From Mobula hypostoma (Eukaryota), in contig NC_086118.1 of NCBI RefSeq assembly GCF_963921235.1, forward strand, positions 25,856,001 through 25,920,000: a stretch of DNA of 64,000 bases, given 5' to 3'. Position 1 is the first letter of the stretch, and every line of letters starts with the position of its first letter. The position numbers and the translations under genes are program-made. This document shows positions 37,143-48,589 of this stretch, piece after piece. The notes beneath the pieces are model-generated. The model was given only the letters and a program-made list of their open reading frames with translations, made no database searches and was not told where the DNA came from.

Positions 37143-37229
37143 AGTTCAAGCTTTATCTTCCACCACACATCCCTAGTTGGCCATCTGAAAAAAACAGGAA
37201 CATTGATTATTTAATAATATATACTTACA

Positions 37230-37402
37230 TATATTTAAGGCAAAGGTTGATAGATTCTTGATAGGTCAGGGCATAAAGGGATACAGGGAGAAGGCAGGAG
37301 ATTGGGGCTGAGGGGGAAAATGGATCAGCCATGATGATCCATTCAAGTGAAGCAGACTCGATGGGCCAAATGGCCTAATTCAGCTCCGAGAGTTTATGGT
37401 CT
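37230..37402 (+). mobile_element. CR1 3' tail in the inferred MFSD6L 5'UTR intron
   Basis: TTTAAGGCAAAGGTTGATAGATTCTTG...GATCAGCCATGAT...GGGCCAAATGGCCTA resembles 29300-29460. Confidence 0.75.
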
Positions 37403-37729
37403 TAATAGAAGATATAACTGAGTGACATTATTTACAAACAAGTTCATAAATATGATTAAAAATTGTATGCACATGTTGGACATTCCTGCATAACTTTCAA
37501 CAATAATTTCTCCACTATTAGCCATAAATCTTTATCTAATGTCTCCTCAACCTCATCTCAAAGTGAATTTGAATCAGAGAATTATTAGAGTTCACCAATG
37601 CAGATACCTCCCCTACTCTTTACATTATTCTAGAGAGAAATCTGGCTCTCTTAACTTGGAATAAACTCGCGGCCTCTGCTGTTGGTCTTATTTTTCATTC
37701 CACCTGCTACAAGGCAAGCACATAAACAT

Positions 37730-37907
37730 TAAGGAACAAAAAACTACTGGAGACTCTCAGGAGGTCAGGAAGTATCTATGGAGGGTAATGAACAGTCTCA
37801 TTTCGGGCTGAGACCCTTCATAGGGAGTGATTTAACGTCCCTTCACAAATGCTGTGTGACTTCTGAGTTCCTCCAGCATTTTATCTGCCGCTCCAGATTT
37901 CCAGCAC
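37730..37907. mobile_element. Degenerate PLE termini in inverted arrangement
   Basis: Minus copy with TTTCGGGCTGAGACCCTTCAT at ~37801-37821, then plus copy CTGAGTTCCTCCAGCATTTT...ATTTCCAGCA. Confidence 0.65.
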
Positions 37908-37979
37908 CTCTCTCTCTCTCTCGTCCCAAATATCTTAACCCCGACCAATGTACAATACGTATCAACCAATTTATTTTCC

Positions 37980-38530
37980 TGTTCTGTGTTGTGTCCGGTT
38001 CCGCCATTGCAAACGCCGTCCTTCTGGCTCTGCCCCCAGGCTGACTGGGTCTCCGGAGCACCTGCCGAACTGATACTGATGAAACCGCCGACAGGCCGGG
38101 TTACCCTGGGCTATAATAGCGCTCGGCCAAGGGCTGAAAAGAGATCACTCACAGCCCCGGCTCCGACATCCAGAAAACTTTAATCACTCCCCACCCTTTC
38201 GCAGATACCACAAAACCCGCGTTTTACGGCAAGCTGTATGGCACTCGGCCCTTCCTTCCCCAGCTCGCCGTCAGCGCGAAGCTCGAATCCTCACGCCCCC
38301 ACAACCGTCACCCCACGACCCTCCATCGACACTACCTGAAGCAGAGACACGCTCAGACCAGCGCGCAGGCGCCGTACGACACGGTGAACGTTTCCCTCAA
38401 CACCGTCCGCGTACGCGCGCACACGCGCGCGGCCCGAACCCTCCTGCCGTGCCGCAGCCCCACCTTCTTCGTTCCCGCGCTCACGTGATGGTACCATGTT
38501 GTACTCGTTCCCCAGTCTGGTCGATGCTGA
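37980..38530 (-). promoter_or_regulatory. CpG-island-like promoter and probable non-coding first exon of MFSD6L
   Basis: Dense CpGs outside any recognisable repeat. NRF1-like GCGCAGGCGC at 38363-38372, palindromic E-box TCACGTGA at 38481-38488, candidate minus-strand donors CAG|GTAGTG (~38335) and GCT|GTGAGT (~38152), and acceptor TTTTTTTCAG ending at 37185. Confidence 0.7.
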
Positions 38531-38696
38531 TGCAGCAGGTAGCAGTCACCTGGTTTTTGTTTTATTTCCTCACAAAAATAAGTTTACTTCAAGTATTACA
38601 ATACTAGAACAAAACACTGCAAACAGCAATAACGAGCACCAACCAAGTTAAAACATTTCCTCATCTAGGATGCAATTTACCCGGGCATGAACAGTC

Positions 38697-40965
38697 ACAG
38701 ATCTCTCAGTGGATGAGCATCTGGGGGACAGTGACCACCGCTCCCTGGCCTTTATAATTATCATGGAAAAGGATAGAATCAAAGAAGACAGGAAAATTTT
38801 TAATTGGGGAAAGGCAAATTCTGAGGCTATAAGGCTAGAACTTGCCGGTGTGAATTGGGATGATGTTTTTGCAGGGAAATGTACTATGGACATGTAGTTG
38901 ATGTTTAGAGATCTCTTGCGGGATGTTAGGCATAAATTTGTCCCAGTGTGGAAGATAAAGAATGGTAGGGTGAAGGAACCATGGGTGACAAGTGAGGTGG
39001 AAAATCTAGTCAGGCGGAAGAAGGCAGCATACATGAGGTTTAGGAAGCAAGGATCAGATGGGTCTATTGAGGAATATAGGGAAGCAAGAAAGGAGCTTAA
39101 GAAGGCTGAGAAGAGCAAGAAGGGGGCATGAGAAGGCCTTGGCGAGTAGGGTAAAGGAAAACCCCAAGGCATTCTTCAATTATGTGAAGAAAAAAAGGAT
39201 GACAAGAGTGAAGGTAGGACCGATTAGAGATAAAGGTGGGAAGATGTGCCTGGAGGCTGTGGAAGTGAGCGAGGTCCTCAATGAATACTTCCCTTCGGTA
39301 TTCACCACTGAGAGGGAACTTGATGATGGTGAGGTCAATATGAGTGAGGTTGATGTTCTGGAGCATGTTGATATGAAGGGAGAGGAGGTGTTGGAGTTGT
39401 TAAAATACATTAGGACAGATAAGTCCCCGGGGCCTGACGGAATATTCCCCAGGCTGCTCCACGAGGCGAGAGAAGAGATTGCTGAGCCTCTGGCTAGGAT
39501 CTTTATGTCCTCGTTGTCCACGGGAATGGTAGCGGAGGATTGGAGAGAGGCGAATGTTGTTCCCTTGTTCAAAAAAGGTAGTAGGGATAGTCCGGGTAAT
39601 TATAGACCAGTGAGCCTTATGTCTGTGGTGGGAAAGCTGTTGGAAAAGATTCTTAGAGATAGGATCTATAGGCATTTAGAGAATCATGGTCTGATCAGGG
39701 ACAGTCAGCATGGCTTTGTGAAAGGCAGATCGTGTCTAACAAGCCTGATAGAGTTCTTTGAGGAGGTGACCAGGCATATAGATGAGGGTAGTGCAGTGGA
39801 TGTGATCTATATGGATTTTAGTAAGGCATTTGACAAGGTTCCACATGGTAGGCTTATTCAGAAAGTTAGAAGGCATGGGATCCAGGGAAGTTTGGCCAGG
39901 TGGATTCAGAATTGGCTTGCCTGCAGAAGGCAGAGGGTGGTGGTGGAGGGAGTACATTCAGATTGGAGGATTGTGACTAGTGGTGACCCACAAGGATCTG
40001 TTCTGGGACCTCTACTTTTCGTGATTTTTATTAACGGCCTGGATGTGGGGGTAGAAGGGTGGGTTGGCAAGTTTGCAGACGACACAAAGGTTGGTGGTGT
40101 TGTAGATAGTGTAGAGGATTGTTGAAAATTGCAGAGAGACATTGATAGAATGCAGAAGTGGACTGAGAAGGGGCAGATGGAGTTCAACCCGGAGAAGTGT
40201 GAGGTGGTACACTTTGGAAGGACAAACTCCAAGGCAGAGTACAAAGTAAATGGCAGGATACTTGGTAGTGTGGAGGAGCAGAGGAATCTCGGGGTACATG
40301 TCCACAGATCCCTGAAAGTTGCCTCACAGGTGGATAGGGTAGTTAAGAAAGCTTATGGGGTGTTAGCTTTCATAAGTCGGGGGATAGAGTTTAAGAGTCG
40401 CGACGTAATGATGCAGCTCTATAAAACTCTGGTTAGACCACACTTGGAGTACTGTGTCCAGTTCTGGTCACCTCACTATAGGAAGGATGTGGAAGCATTG
40501 GAAAGGGTACAGAGGAGATTTACCAGGATGCTGCCTGGTTTAGAAAGTATGCTTTATGATCAGAGCTTAAGGGAGCTAGGGCTTTACTCTTTGGAGAGAA
40601 GGAGGATGAGAGGAGACATGATAGAGGTGTACAAGATAATAAGAGGAATAGATAGAGTGGATAGACAGCGCCTCTTCCCCAGGGCACCACTGCTCAATAC
40701 AAGAGGACATGGCTTTAAGGTAAGGGGTGGGAAGTTCAAGGGGGATATTAGAGGAAGGTTTTTAACTCAGAGAGTGGTTGGTGCGTGGAATGCACTGCCT
40801 GAGTCAGTGGTGGAAGCAGATACACTAGTGAAGTTTAAGAGATGACTAGACAGGTATATGGAGGAATCTAAGGTGGGGGCTTATATGGGAGGCAGGGTTT
40901 GAGGGTCGGCACAACATTGTAGGCTGAAGGGCCTGTACTGTGCTGTACTATTCTATGTTCTATTC
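38697..40965 (+). mobile_element. Young 5'-truncated CR1 LINE with nearly intact RT frame
   Basis: [44 protein letters not shown] and KFADDTK. ORFs 39058-40125 and 40129-40845 share a frame separated by one TGA. Tail CTGTACTGTGCTGTACTATTCTATGTTCTA. Confidence 0.95.
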
Positions 40966-42218
40966 AAGATGATTGTTGATGCCTTCAAATTCTTCATTAT
41001 TCCTAACTTGATGAAATAGTGAAATCATTTCATTTTCACTTACAGTCCTTTCTGACATCTCCAAGCCTGAATGCTTGAAACTGCAGTGATCAAAACAGTT
41101 CTGAATTATCTTAGCGCAAACACAAGGAAATCTGCAGATGCTGGAATTTCAAGCACTCCCTTGTCCATTCATTCCCCCCATCCCTCCCCACCGATCTCCC
41201 TCCTGGCAGTTATCCTTGTAAGTGGAACAAATGCTACACATGCCCTTACACTTCCTCCTTCACTACCATTCAGGGCCCCAGACAGTCCTTCCAGGTGGGG
41301 CGACACTTCACCTGTGAGTCTGCTGGGGTGATATACTGCATCTGGTGCTCCCGATGCGGTCTTCTATATATTGGCGAGACCCGACACGGACTGGGAGACT
41401 GTTCTGCTGAACACCTACGCTCTGTCCGCCAGAGAAAGCAGGATCCCCAGTGGCCACACATTTTAATTCCATGTCCTATTCCCATTCTGATATGTCTATC
41501 CACGGCCTCCTCTACTGTAAAGATGAAGCCACACTCAGGTTGGAGGAACAACATCTTATATTCCGTCTGGGTAGCCTCCAACCTGATGGCACGAACATTG
41601 ACTTCTGTAACTTCCGCTAATGCCCCACCTCCCCCTCGTACCCCATCCATTATTGCCCATCCTCTGGGCTTCCCTCCTCCCCCTTTCTTTCTCCCTAGGC
41701 CTCCCGTCCATGATCCTCTCATATCCCTTTTGCCAATCAACTGTCCAGCTCTTGGCTCCATCCCTCTCCCTCCTGTCTTCTCCTATCATTTTGGATCTCC
41801 CCCTGCCCCTCCCACTTTCAAAGCTCTTGCTATCTCTTCTTTCAGTTTGTCCTGACAAAGGGGCTCAGCCCGAAACGTCGACTGTACCTCTTCCTAGAGA
41901 TGTTGCCTGGCCTGCTGAATTTTCTTAGCGCTCATTTCTTGCCATAGTTGGCAAAACTTGACATTTGCAAAAAAGAATTGGCCAAATTACTGCTTTTTAA
42001 GCACAAACTGATATTTTATAACTGTTCACACTAAGCATGGTGTAGTGTCTAATGGCCATGCAAGTGTATGCTAGAAACTGTTCAGCAAGTCTCCTGTCCC
42101 AATTAGGCAGCATAGTGTCCCAAATAAATGAAGGGAATCCCAGCTATTTTGATTCGGTTTTGTTCTTTAAGAGTTGTCCCAAATAGCGGCTGCCCTGATT
42201 AACTGATAGCCCACTGTA
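40966..42218. mobile_element. pogo/Tigger-like DNA transposon remnant interrupted by a PLE
   Basis: Right end has repeated TGTCCCAA(T/A)TA subterminal motifs and terminates CCACTG-TA (42211-42218). The left end was not identified. Confidence 0.5.
41118..41914 (+). mobile_element. Penelope-like element (GIY-YIG region plus terminal repeat) with short inverted 5' terminus
   Basis: HFTCESAGVIYCIWCSRCGLLYIGETR..LGD..AEHLRSV. Flanked by CTGAATTATCTTAGCGC (41101-41117) and CTGAATTTTCTTAGCGC (41915-41931). The hammerhead motif has CTGACAA. Confidence 0.9.
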
Positions 42219-42294
42219 ATACGGTTGTCGCATTCTTCCTTTCAAAATGAGCAATTTTATATTTTCCCAGACTGTACTCCACACAAGAGTCCAC

Positions 42295-42900
42295 AAGTAC
42301 TGGAACTTGGAGCAAAAGTCAAGCTGCCGGAAGAACTCAGCGAGCCTATGAAGGCAAAGGGATAGTTGATGTTTTGGTTAAGCCCCCACAAAAGGACTGG
42401 AAGTGTAAAGAGGATATAACCAGTATAAAGTGAGAGGGAGAGCAGACGGAGAGCTGAGTCAGGAGCTGACAAGTGATAGGTGGATTCAGGTGAGGAGAAG
42501 TTGATGGATAGATAGCGCTCGGTGAAGGAGAGAAGAGTGGAGATAGCGACAGAGGCTGGGAGGTGATGTGGGGAGAACAGTGGTCTGTAGATGATGGAAT
42601 CTGATGATCAAAGGTGGTGAGTGGAACCAGATAAGGGTGGGATGGCAGCCAGATGGTACAGTAGATGGAGGGGATAGATTCAGTGCGTGGGTGACAGGTG
42701 GATGAAGTAATGGAGCGTGGGTAGAAGATGGTTATCAGGGCTTGGGGGAGCTGTTGGAAAGAATGACTTGTGTAAGAAGTGGGTGGATGCAGGAAAAAAG
42801 AGGGGGTGCAGGTTACCTGAAATTAGAAAATCAATGTTCGTGGCATTGGGCAGAATATAATGCAGTGTTCCTCTAGTTTTATGCACAATTTTTGCAAAAC
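42295..42900 (-). mobile_element. Older PLE-family 3' fragment
   Basis: Reverse-complement similarity to ~22260-22760 (purine-rich tract, GTTACCTGAAATTAGAAAATCAATGTTC). Confidence 0.55.
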
Positions 42901-43905
42901 CTTTCCCCCACACATCTATCACCCACAATGGAGTTCATTGACATAGAGATATGCAGAGATAAAGTACTTAGTATGATATCAGCAACCACCTTCCCTAAAA
43001 CTTGCACATTTCATTAAACTATTGGTGAATAATATAAACACAAGGCTTTCAGTTCTATTAAGCATAGTGATATTTTAATGTAAAATATTTTTACAGGACC
43101 ATATAATAAATACTATACATCTAAGACAAACTTGTACATGTTAGACACGAGGATGTTAGAAATATAGCTAAGTGGCAAGTTAAACAGCATAATGGAATTA
43201 CAGTGTAAAATCTTATGGAGGAAGATTTATTTATTCATTGTAGTGAAATTATACTTACAAGCATAAAGAGCATGTTCATGAATTTGCTACCAGAAATTGA
43301 GAGTAAATCATTTCTCCCCCTGAAATGTGCAGCACATTTTATCCTTGTAGTGAACTTTGCAATCACAGGTTTATTAATGTTCAATCCAAAGTTTAAAGAA
43401 AGGCTTTATTTAAAAATAACTGAAGTAATCTCGTGTAAATCCTGCATAAATAATTCTGTACTTTTCCCCAAACTTATTTTGTAAGGTGTATCTAAAGTTT
43501 GGCTAATGTTCACCATTCTCCAAACTCAATAGTATGCATGCGAATTAAGTAGACAGTAACAAGCACACGAGCTCTAGAAATGTTCCCGTCAATATTGCAA
43601 TAGTCTTTTCTTCTGACTTCCCTTTTATGCAATAGTCTTCTTCTGACCTTCTTGAACTGGTTCAAATAAAATGTTCGATTTCCAAATAATATTCCCCCAA
43701 GCACCAACATCTTGATGTCCTGATAACAGGAATAATGATTTTTGTGCTTGTCAAATCTTGAAAATAATTGTTCCCTCTCCAGAAGATGTTCTTCAACAGT
43801 TGAATGTAATTATTGTGCCTCTTTGCTTTACTGTTCTAGCAGCTCCAAATCATTTGTTTCTTCAAGCAATTAATTAGTTAATTATTTTCCGTTGGTTACT
43901 TTATC

Positions 43906-44059
43906 TTACAGGATACCTGCAAAGGTATTGAGGGGTAACAACAGGCATTTTGGCATGTACTTCGTTAATCCAATATTTTCAATTTCAGTTTGATTAAATC
44001 TTAATGTCCTCATTTTATGCAAACAGTATCCAGGTTCCAGACAGGGAGACACGTCAATG
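43906..44059 (-). CDS. PIK3R6: PI3K gamma regulatory subunit p84/p87, last coding exon
   Basis: Acceptor ACACAG, phase 2. Reads (S)IDVSPCLEPGYCLHKMRTLRFNQTEIENIGLTKYMPKCLLLPLNTFAGIL*, matching the recalled human C-terminus FEVAPCPEP...PKPLLMPINTFSGIVQ. Confidence 0.93.
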
Positions 44060-44545
44060 CTGTGTTTTATTTAAAAAAAAATAAGTTAATGAGCAATATT
44101 TTCCAAACTTGTTCAAACAATAAGCTACTCATTTCATGCAATCTTTTTTTAATGTTGATTTGAAATTAAAATGTAAATAACAATCATATTTTAAGATTAA
44201 ATCAAAAAGTACATGTGAATCAAGTAAAAAAAAACCTGTGGATTTACTCTCTGGAGATGAGAAACTACGGAGGAATCTTTACAATTTTTATCGATATTTA
44301 CAGACAATTTATATCTATTTCCTGCTTCACCCAGTTTAAATCAGCTCAGCACTGAAATTGAGTACTACCAAATACAATATACAATAGGGGAGGTTCTGCA
44401 AAAGATCATTGATTTGAAATGGATTCTCCCATAATGTATTGACTAACCTGCAGTGTTTCCAGCATTTTTCCTCTGTGCCATCACTCATATAATTCATTCA
44501 GTTAGTTCCACCTAGATACCTAGGAGACAGCTTTGCAATATTATC

Positions 44546-44722
44546 TATAGGAAGAGGTACTGTCGACGTTTTGGGCCGAGACCCTTCATCAGGACTGTCC
44601 TGCCGGTCTCGGCCCGAAACGTCAACTGTATCTCTTCCTATAGATGGTGCCTGGCCTGCTGTGTTCACCAGCATTTTGTGTGTGTGTTGCTTGAATTTCC
44701 AGCATCTGCAGATTTCTTCGTG
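44546..44722. mobile_element. Short fold-back element made only of PLE termini, 177 bp
   Basis: TSD TTTGCAATATTATC at 44532-44545 and 44723-44736; inverted arms of about 40 bp around 44582-44603; hammerhead motifs on both strands. Confidence 0.85.
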
Positions 44723-46450
44723 TTTGCAATATTATCAAAAGGTGCTAGCTATCCTTTTTGGAGATCCTCTGATTTTGAATTGAGGCTGAGCAATGGCCAA
44801 CACTAAGCTTGTATGTTCATATTGTATTCCCTTCAGCCTCTCCTAAGACACCCTAAAAATGACAAAGCAGTTATATTACTCATGTAATTTTCATGCTGTC
44901 ACATATTTCAGCTAAAATATGTTCAGGCTGCAGAACTGCATGTTGTTCTCAATTAGGTAGTGACCCAAAAATACTTTTTCTTTCCAAAATACTTTAGGGA
45001 ATGGTGTTCACCAAATAGTAGTCCAGATCATAATTTCTTAGGTTCAAATTGTCTTTATTGTCTATGTATAATTATTTTATAGTACTAGAGATAAATGATG
45101 AAAATACTGTATTCAAATAATTATTCAAAATATTATTTGTTTGGCATATAAATGGTAGGTTCATTGCTTTTATTCATGATTTTACAAGGCAGTATCTAGC
45201 TGAAAGCCGTTCAAGCATCGTCATATCTCAGACTTCCAGCTCATCTGATCTCCCACGCCACCACTGGGTCCAGTGGCAGAGCACAAACACGCTGAGCGGA
45301 AGGGCCAGCAGCAATAAGGTAGCTGGTCTGTAAATCTGATCCCATTCATTTCCACTCTATCTAAATGAATAGTGACTTGGTCTCTATATCAGTCTGTCCA
45401 GAAAACTGTTTTAGTCAGTGTAGGTTTTGGGTAATTGGTGCAATTTTAATGTTGAATTCCATGAGAAGTCAAACACTGGACTGTGATTAGAAAAAGACTG
45501 GCGATGTGGTCAGTTGGTTCAGAACTTCTGTACTTTCATGAAAACCCTGAACTTGATGGCACTTATACAAGGATATACAGGCAGTACTCTGCAAATTTCA
45601 GGCAATGTTTTGATAATTTACATTATTTCTGGAATTCCCTCTTCACCATCCTTCAATTTTTTTTCAATGGAATATTGCATTGTGTCATTCTACTTCAGCG
45701 CTCAGTGTCAGATCAAACAAGGTTCCAACCCTTATCAGTTACATACTATTATTATATGTTGCACTTCCTTTCTTTCATGACTCAAGCTCCCTTGCCCCAC
45801 TCCCATGTTATTTTCTTCCTGTTTTCCCTTCCTGTCCATGCAACAACACAACCCTATCTGATATAGCCAATACGGTGTGCTGTAAGGGAGTGGGAGAACT
45901 TCTGACCTTACTCTGAATCCCTTTCTCTAGCCATTTTTCTGAAAGTCATAGAAATGCACATTATGTTTTATACCTCTTCAAAACCACCTTTGGAAAAATC
46001 AGAATTTAATTAATGAGCATGTGCATCTTCTCTCCTTTGGAATTGTACATACCTCCAACTCCTTTTTGGTAACGCTCAGGTTGCCTTTACTCTAGTTTTG
46101 TGGAGCCAAAAGTAATTCATGAGGTCATTGTGGGAACTGCAGATTTCTCTGTAGTTGGCAGGAAATTGTTGAGGGGGTAGGTGGGTGGGTGGGTGAGATT
46201 GTGTACTGGTTCTGACTCAAGGCTGACATGTGGCCCCAATGCATGGCCTTATTTCAAATGCTTCTCTGCTTTGAGTAGTCATGGGAGCAGAGATTTCCAG
46301 GAGTCAGAAGAGATGAGGCATTTCTTCAAGGAAACTTTCAGGGAATTAATAAACCTTTTCCTCTGTCTACATCAGACCTGTCTTGCCATGACAGGTCTTG
46401 AAATAGAGTATCTGGTTCAGGAGTCTGCTACTGGATGTGCAAATAATGTG

Positions 46451-46620
46451 TCATAGAACAGTCTCAATGGGACTAGAAAAACCTCATATTAAAATGTGTG
46501 TTTTACCATTCAAAGGAAACCTTGCTGATATTGGATGATCTGATTGGATATCCCTAGAGTTTGCTGTAAGATGCCCAAAAATGTTCCAAAGTCTACAGAG
46601 TGTAGTACAGCCAGGGATTT
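46451..46620. repeat. Diverged local direct repeat, copy A (~170 bp)
   Basis: TCATAGAACAGTCTCAA...CTTGCTGATATTGGATGATCTGA...CTACAGAGTGTAGTA.AGCCAGGGATTT is shared with 47189-47358. Confidence 0.9.
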
Positions 46621-46975
46621 TTTTTTTGTCACCAGTTGTTTAACTTGATTCTCTGGACTTCACTCAACTCCTGTTATCATGAATGCTAAAAGTTTCACCC
46701 TTTCAGAATTGCAATATTCAAAAATGAAGCATGAAGTTCTTTTGTAATCACTGGGATCCATCCGATTTTGATTTCACATAGAAAGCAAAGATGTCCAGCA
46801 AATCATGCCCTCAGTTTTTGGATACTATTTATAATAGTCACTCTTATGGTGTGTAGAATGAAGAAATTAAAATTTACTAATCCAAATTTTAAGAGTTCAA
46901 GACACTTAAAGTAATTATTTATTTAAACTTGGTTAAAAACAGTCAGAAATATTACAACTATATAAATATACCAAC

Positions 46976-47094
46976 CTGATAACATCCTTGTATACCCTTC
47001 GAAAATCCTTGTCTAGACAAACCGTCATAGATTTTCCACAGTTATCCTGGACTTTAATTTTTATATAAGATGTCCGCATCATGACATTTCCAGC
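46976..47094 (-). CDS. PIK3R6: PIK3R6 penultimate coding exon (119 nt)
   Basis: TTTGCTACAG|...ATCAG|GTTGGT. Reads AGNVMMRTSYIKIKVQDNCGKSMTVCLDKDFRRVYKDVI, versus recalled human LLTLSLDKDDQRTFRDVVR. Phase 0 to 2 fits both neighbours. Confidence 0.92.
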
Positions 47095-47188
47095 CTGTAG
47101 CAAATAGTTAGTGAATGGGTTATTAGCTGAAAAACTAATACCTGTTTGTCATCAGAGAAACAAACTTAAAAGCTTGACATCATAGTCA

Positions 47189-47358
47189 TCATAGAACAGT
47201 CTCAACGGACTAGAAACACCTCATACTAAAGTGTTTCTTTTTCCACTCAAAGGAAATCTTGCTGATATTGGATGATCTGAATAGATATCCCTAGAATATA
47301 CTGTAAGATGCTCAAAAATGTTCTGAATTCTACAGAGTGTAGTATAGCCAGGGATTTT
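47189..47358. repeat. Diverged local direct repeat, copy B (~170 bp)
   Basis: Aligns with 46451-46620 at an offset of 738 bp. Confidence 0.9.
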
Positions 47359-48311
47359 ATTTTCCCTGAATTTAGCTGCCAAGATAGTCAATGGGTGCCT
47401 CAGTGGAGATATCATTGGCAGAACTCATTTATGGGAGGCACCATTTCAGAAAGAACTGACCAATCATGGAAGGTCATGGAATAAGAGGCAAAGTTGCACC
47501 CACTCGCAAAGGGCCTACTCCAACAAAGTATTCAGAGGGACTCTATTTTACTGGAACTTAAGTAATTGACACTTTTTGGCAAAACTTATGGCCAACTTCT
47601 TGTTCCTTGACCACACACTCCAGGGAGGCCAAGGTCATGCTGACTCTCTCCATCCTTGCAACAGATCTTTCTAAGTATCCGTAGCTTTCTCCTAATTTGT
47701 TGCTTACTCCTGCATCAGACAAAACACTTAATTCACAAAATAAATTATTTTGCCTAATTTCATTTCAGCAAGGAACAGAGGGAGTATTGGGCAGTGAGAT
47801 TTGCAAGCACTACTAGCTTCCCACAAGTGTGGACAGCCATTGACTATATGTGCTCAATGACATAAACCTCCTCTCAAAGGAAAAAGTTTCCAGGTCCACA
47901 ACGTGCAGATCACTGTGAATCATTAGAAGGATCCTCTCATGAGAAGTACCCATGGTTTCTGGAATAACGCAAATTTCCTTCACCCTGCCAAACTGCTTAA
48001 ACAACTGGATATACCTGCAGGAGTAGATCCAGGGGACCAATCACAATCCTCTACTTGCACTTCCTCAAACCAATGCACTCTCCAACCTTGGCTGTTAACC
48101 ACAGATGGAAGGAGCTACCTGCTTCAAATATAAAAACACACGTGTTCCCTGTCTTGGGGTTGGGATAAGGAGGACGTTCAGACCCAGAGACTACTGCTGT
48201 GTTAAGTGTGCTGTACTATGAAAAACAAAAGACATTAGCCAGCTAACAAAATCATCAAGAGGTCCATGAGGTAAATCCTGGAAAGCAGTAGGAGTAAGAA
48301 TTGCCCTAAGA

Positions 48312-48390
48312 CGGGGTTTCCAACCTGGGGCCTACAGACCCCTTGCGTAATGATATTAGTCCATGACATAAAAAAAGCTGGGAACCCCTG
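48312..48390. mobile_element. Tiny hAT (Charlie-like) MITE
   Basis: CGGGGTTTCCAACC...GCTGGGAACCCCTG imperfect TIRs; 8-bp flanks CCCTAAGA and TCCTAAGG. Confidence 0.7.
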
Positions 48391-48589
48391 TCCTAAGGGA
48401 AGATTTTTGTAAAAAGGATCGACAATCAACCCCCCCACCCCCAGCCCCAGCACACACCAGCTGATCCTCTCAATACACAATACTAGCCAGGAAAAGACAA
48501 CTGGCACATAAAAATATTCTTACATGATCCTTAGCAGGTCCATCTGTGCTGTATATAGCAGAACACAACAGTTTTGGCAAGGATCATAC

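Noticed and set aside
43510..43710. 66-aa minus-strand ORF and a short tandem duplication at ~43596-43650
   Set aside because: Lies just downstream of the PIK3R6 stop, in the probable 3'UTR; no recognisable protein.
45189..45318. Plus-strand exon-like segment (CAAG/GCAG acceptor to AAG|GTAGCT) with one open frame
   Set aside because: No recognisable protein, weak splice sites, no partner exons, and antisense within a PIK3R6 intron.
47221..47415. SDHPISARF peptide in both direct-repeat copies, reminiscent of the SDHxP nuclease/phosphatase motif
   Set aside because: Spacing does not match, the frames are short and end in stops, and the shared peptide is explained by DNA duplication.
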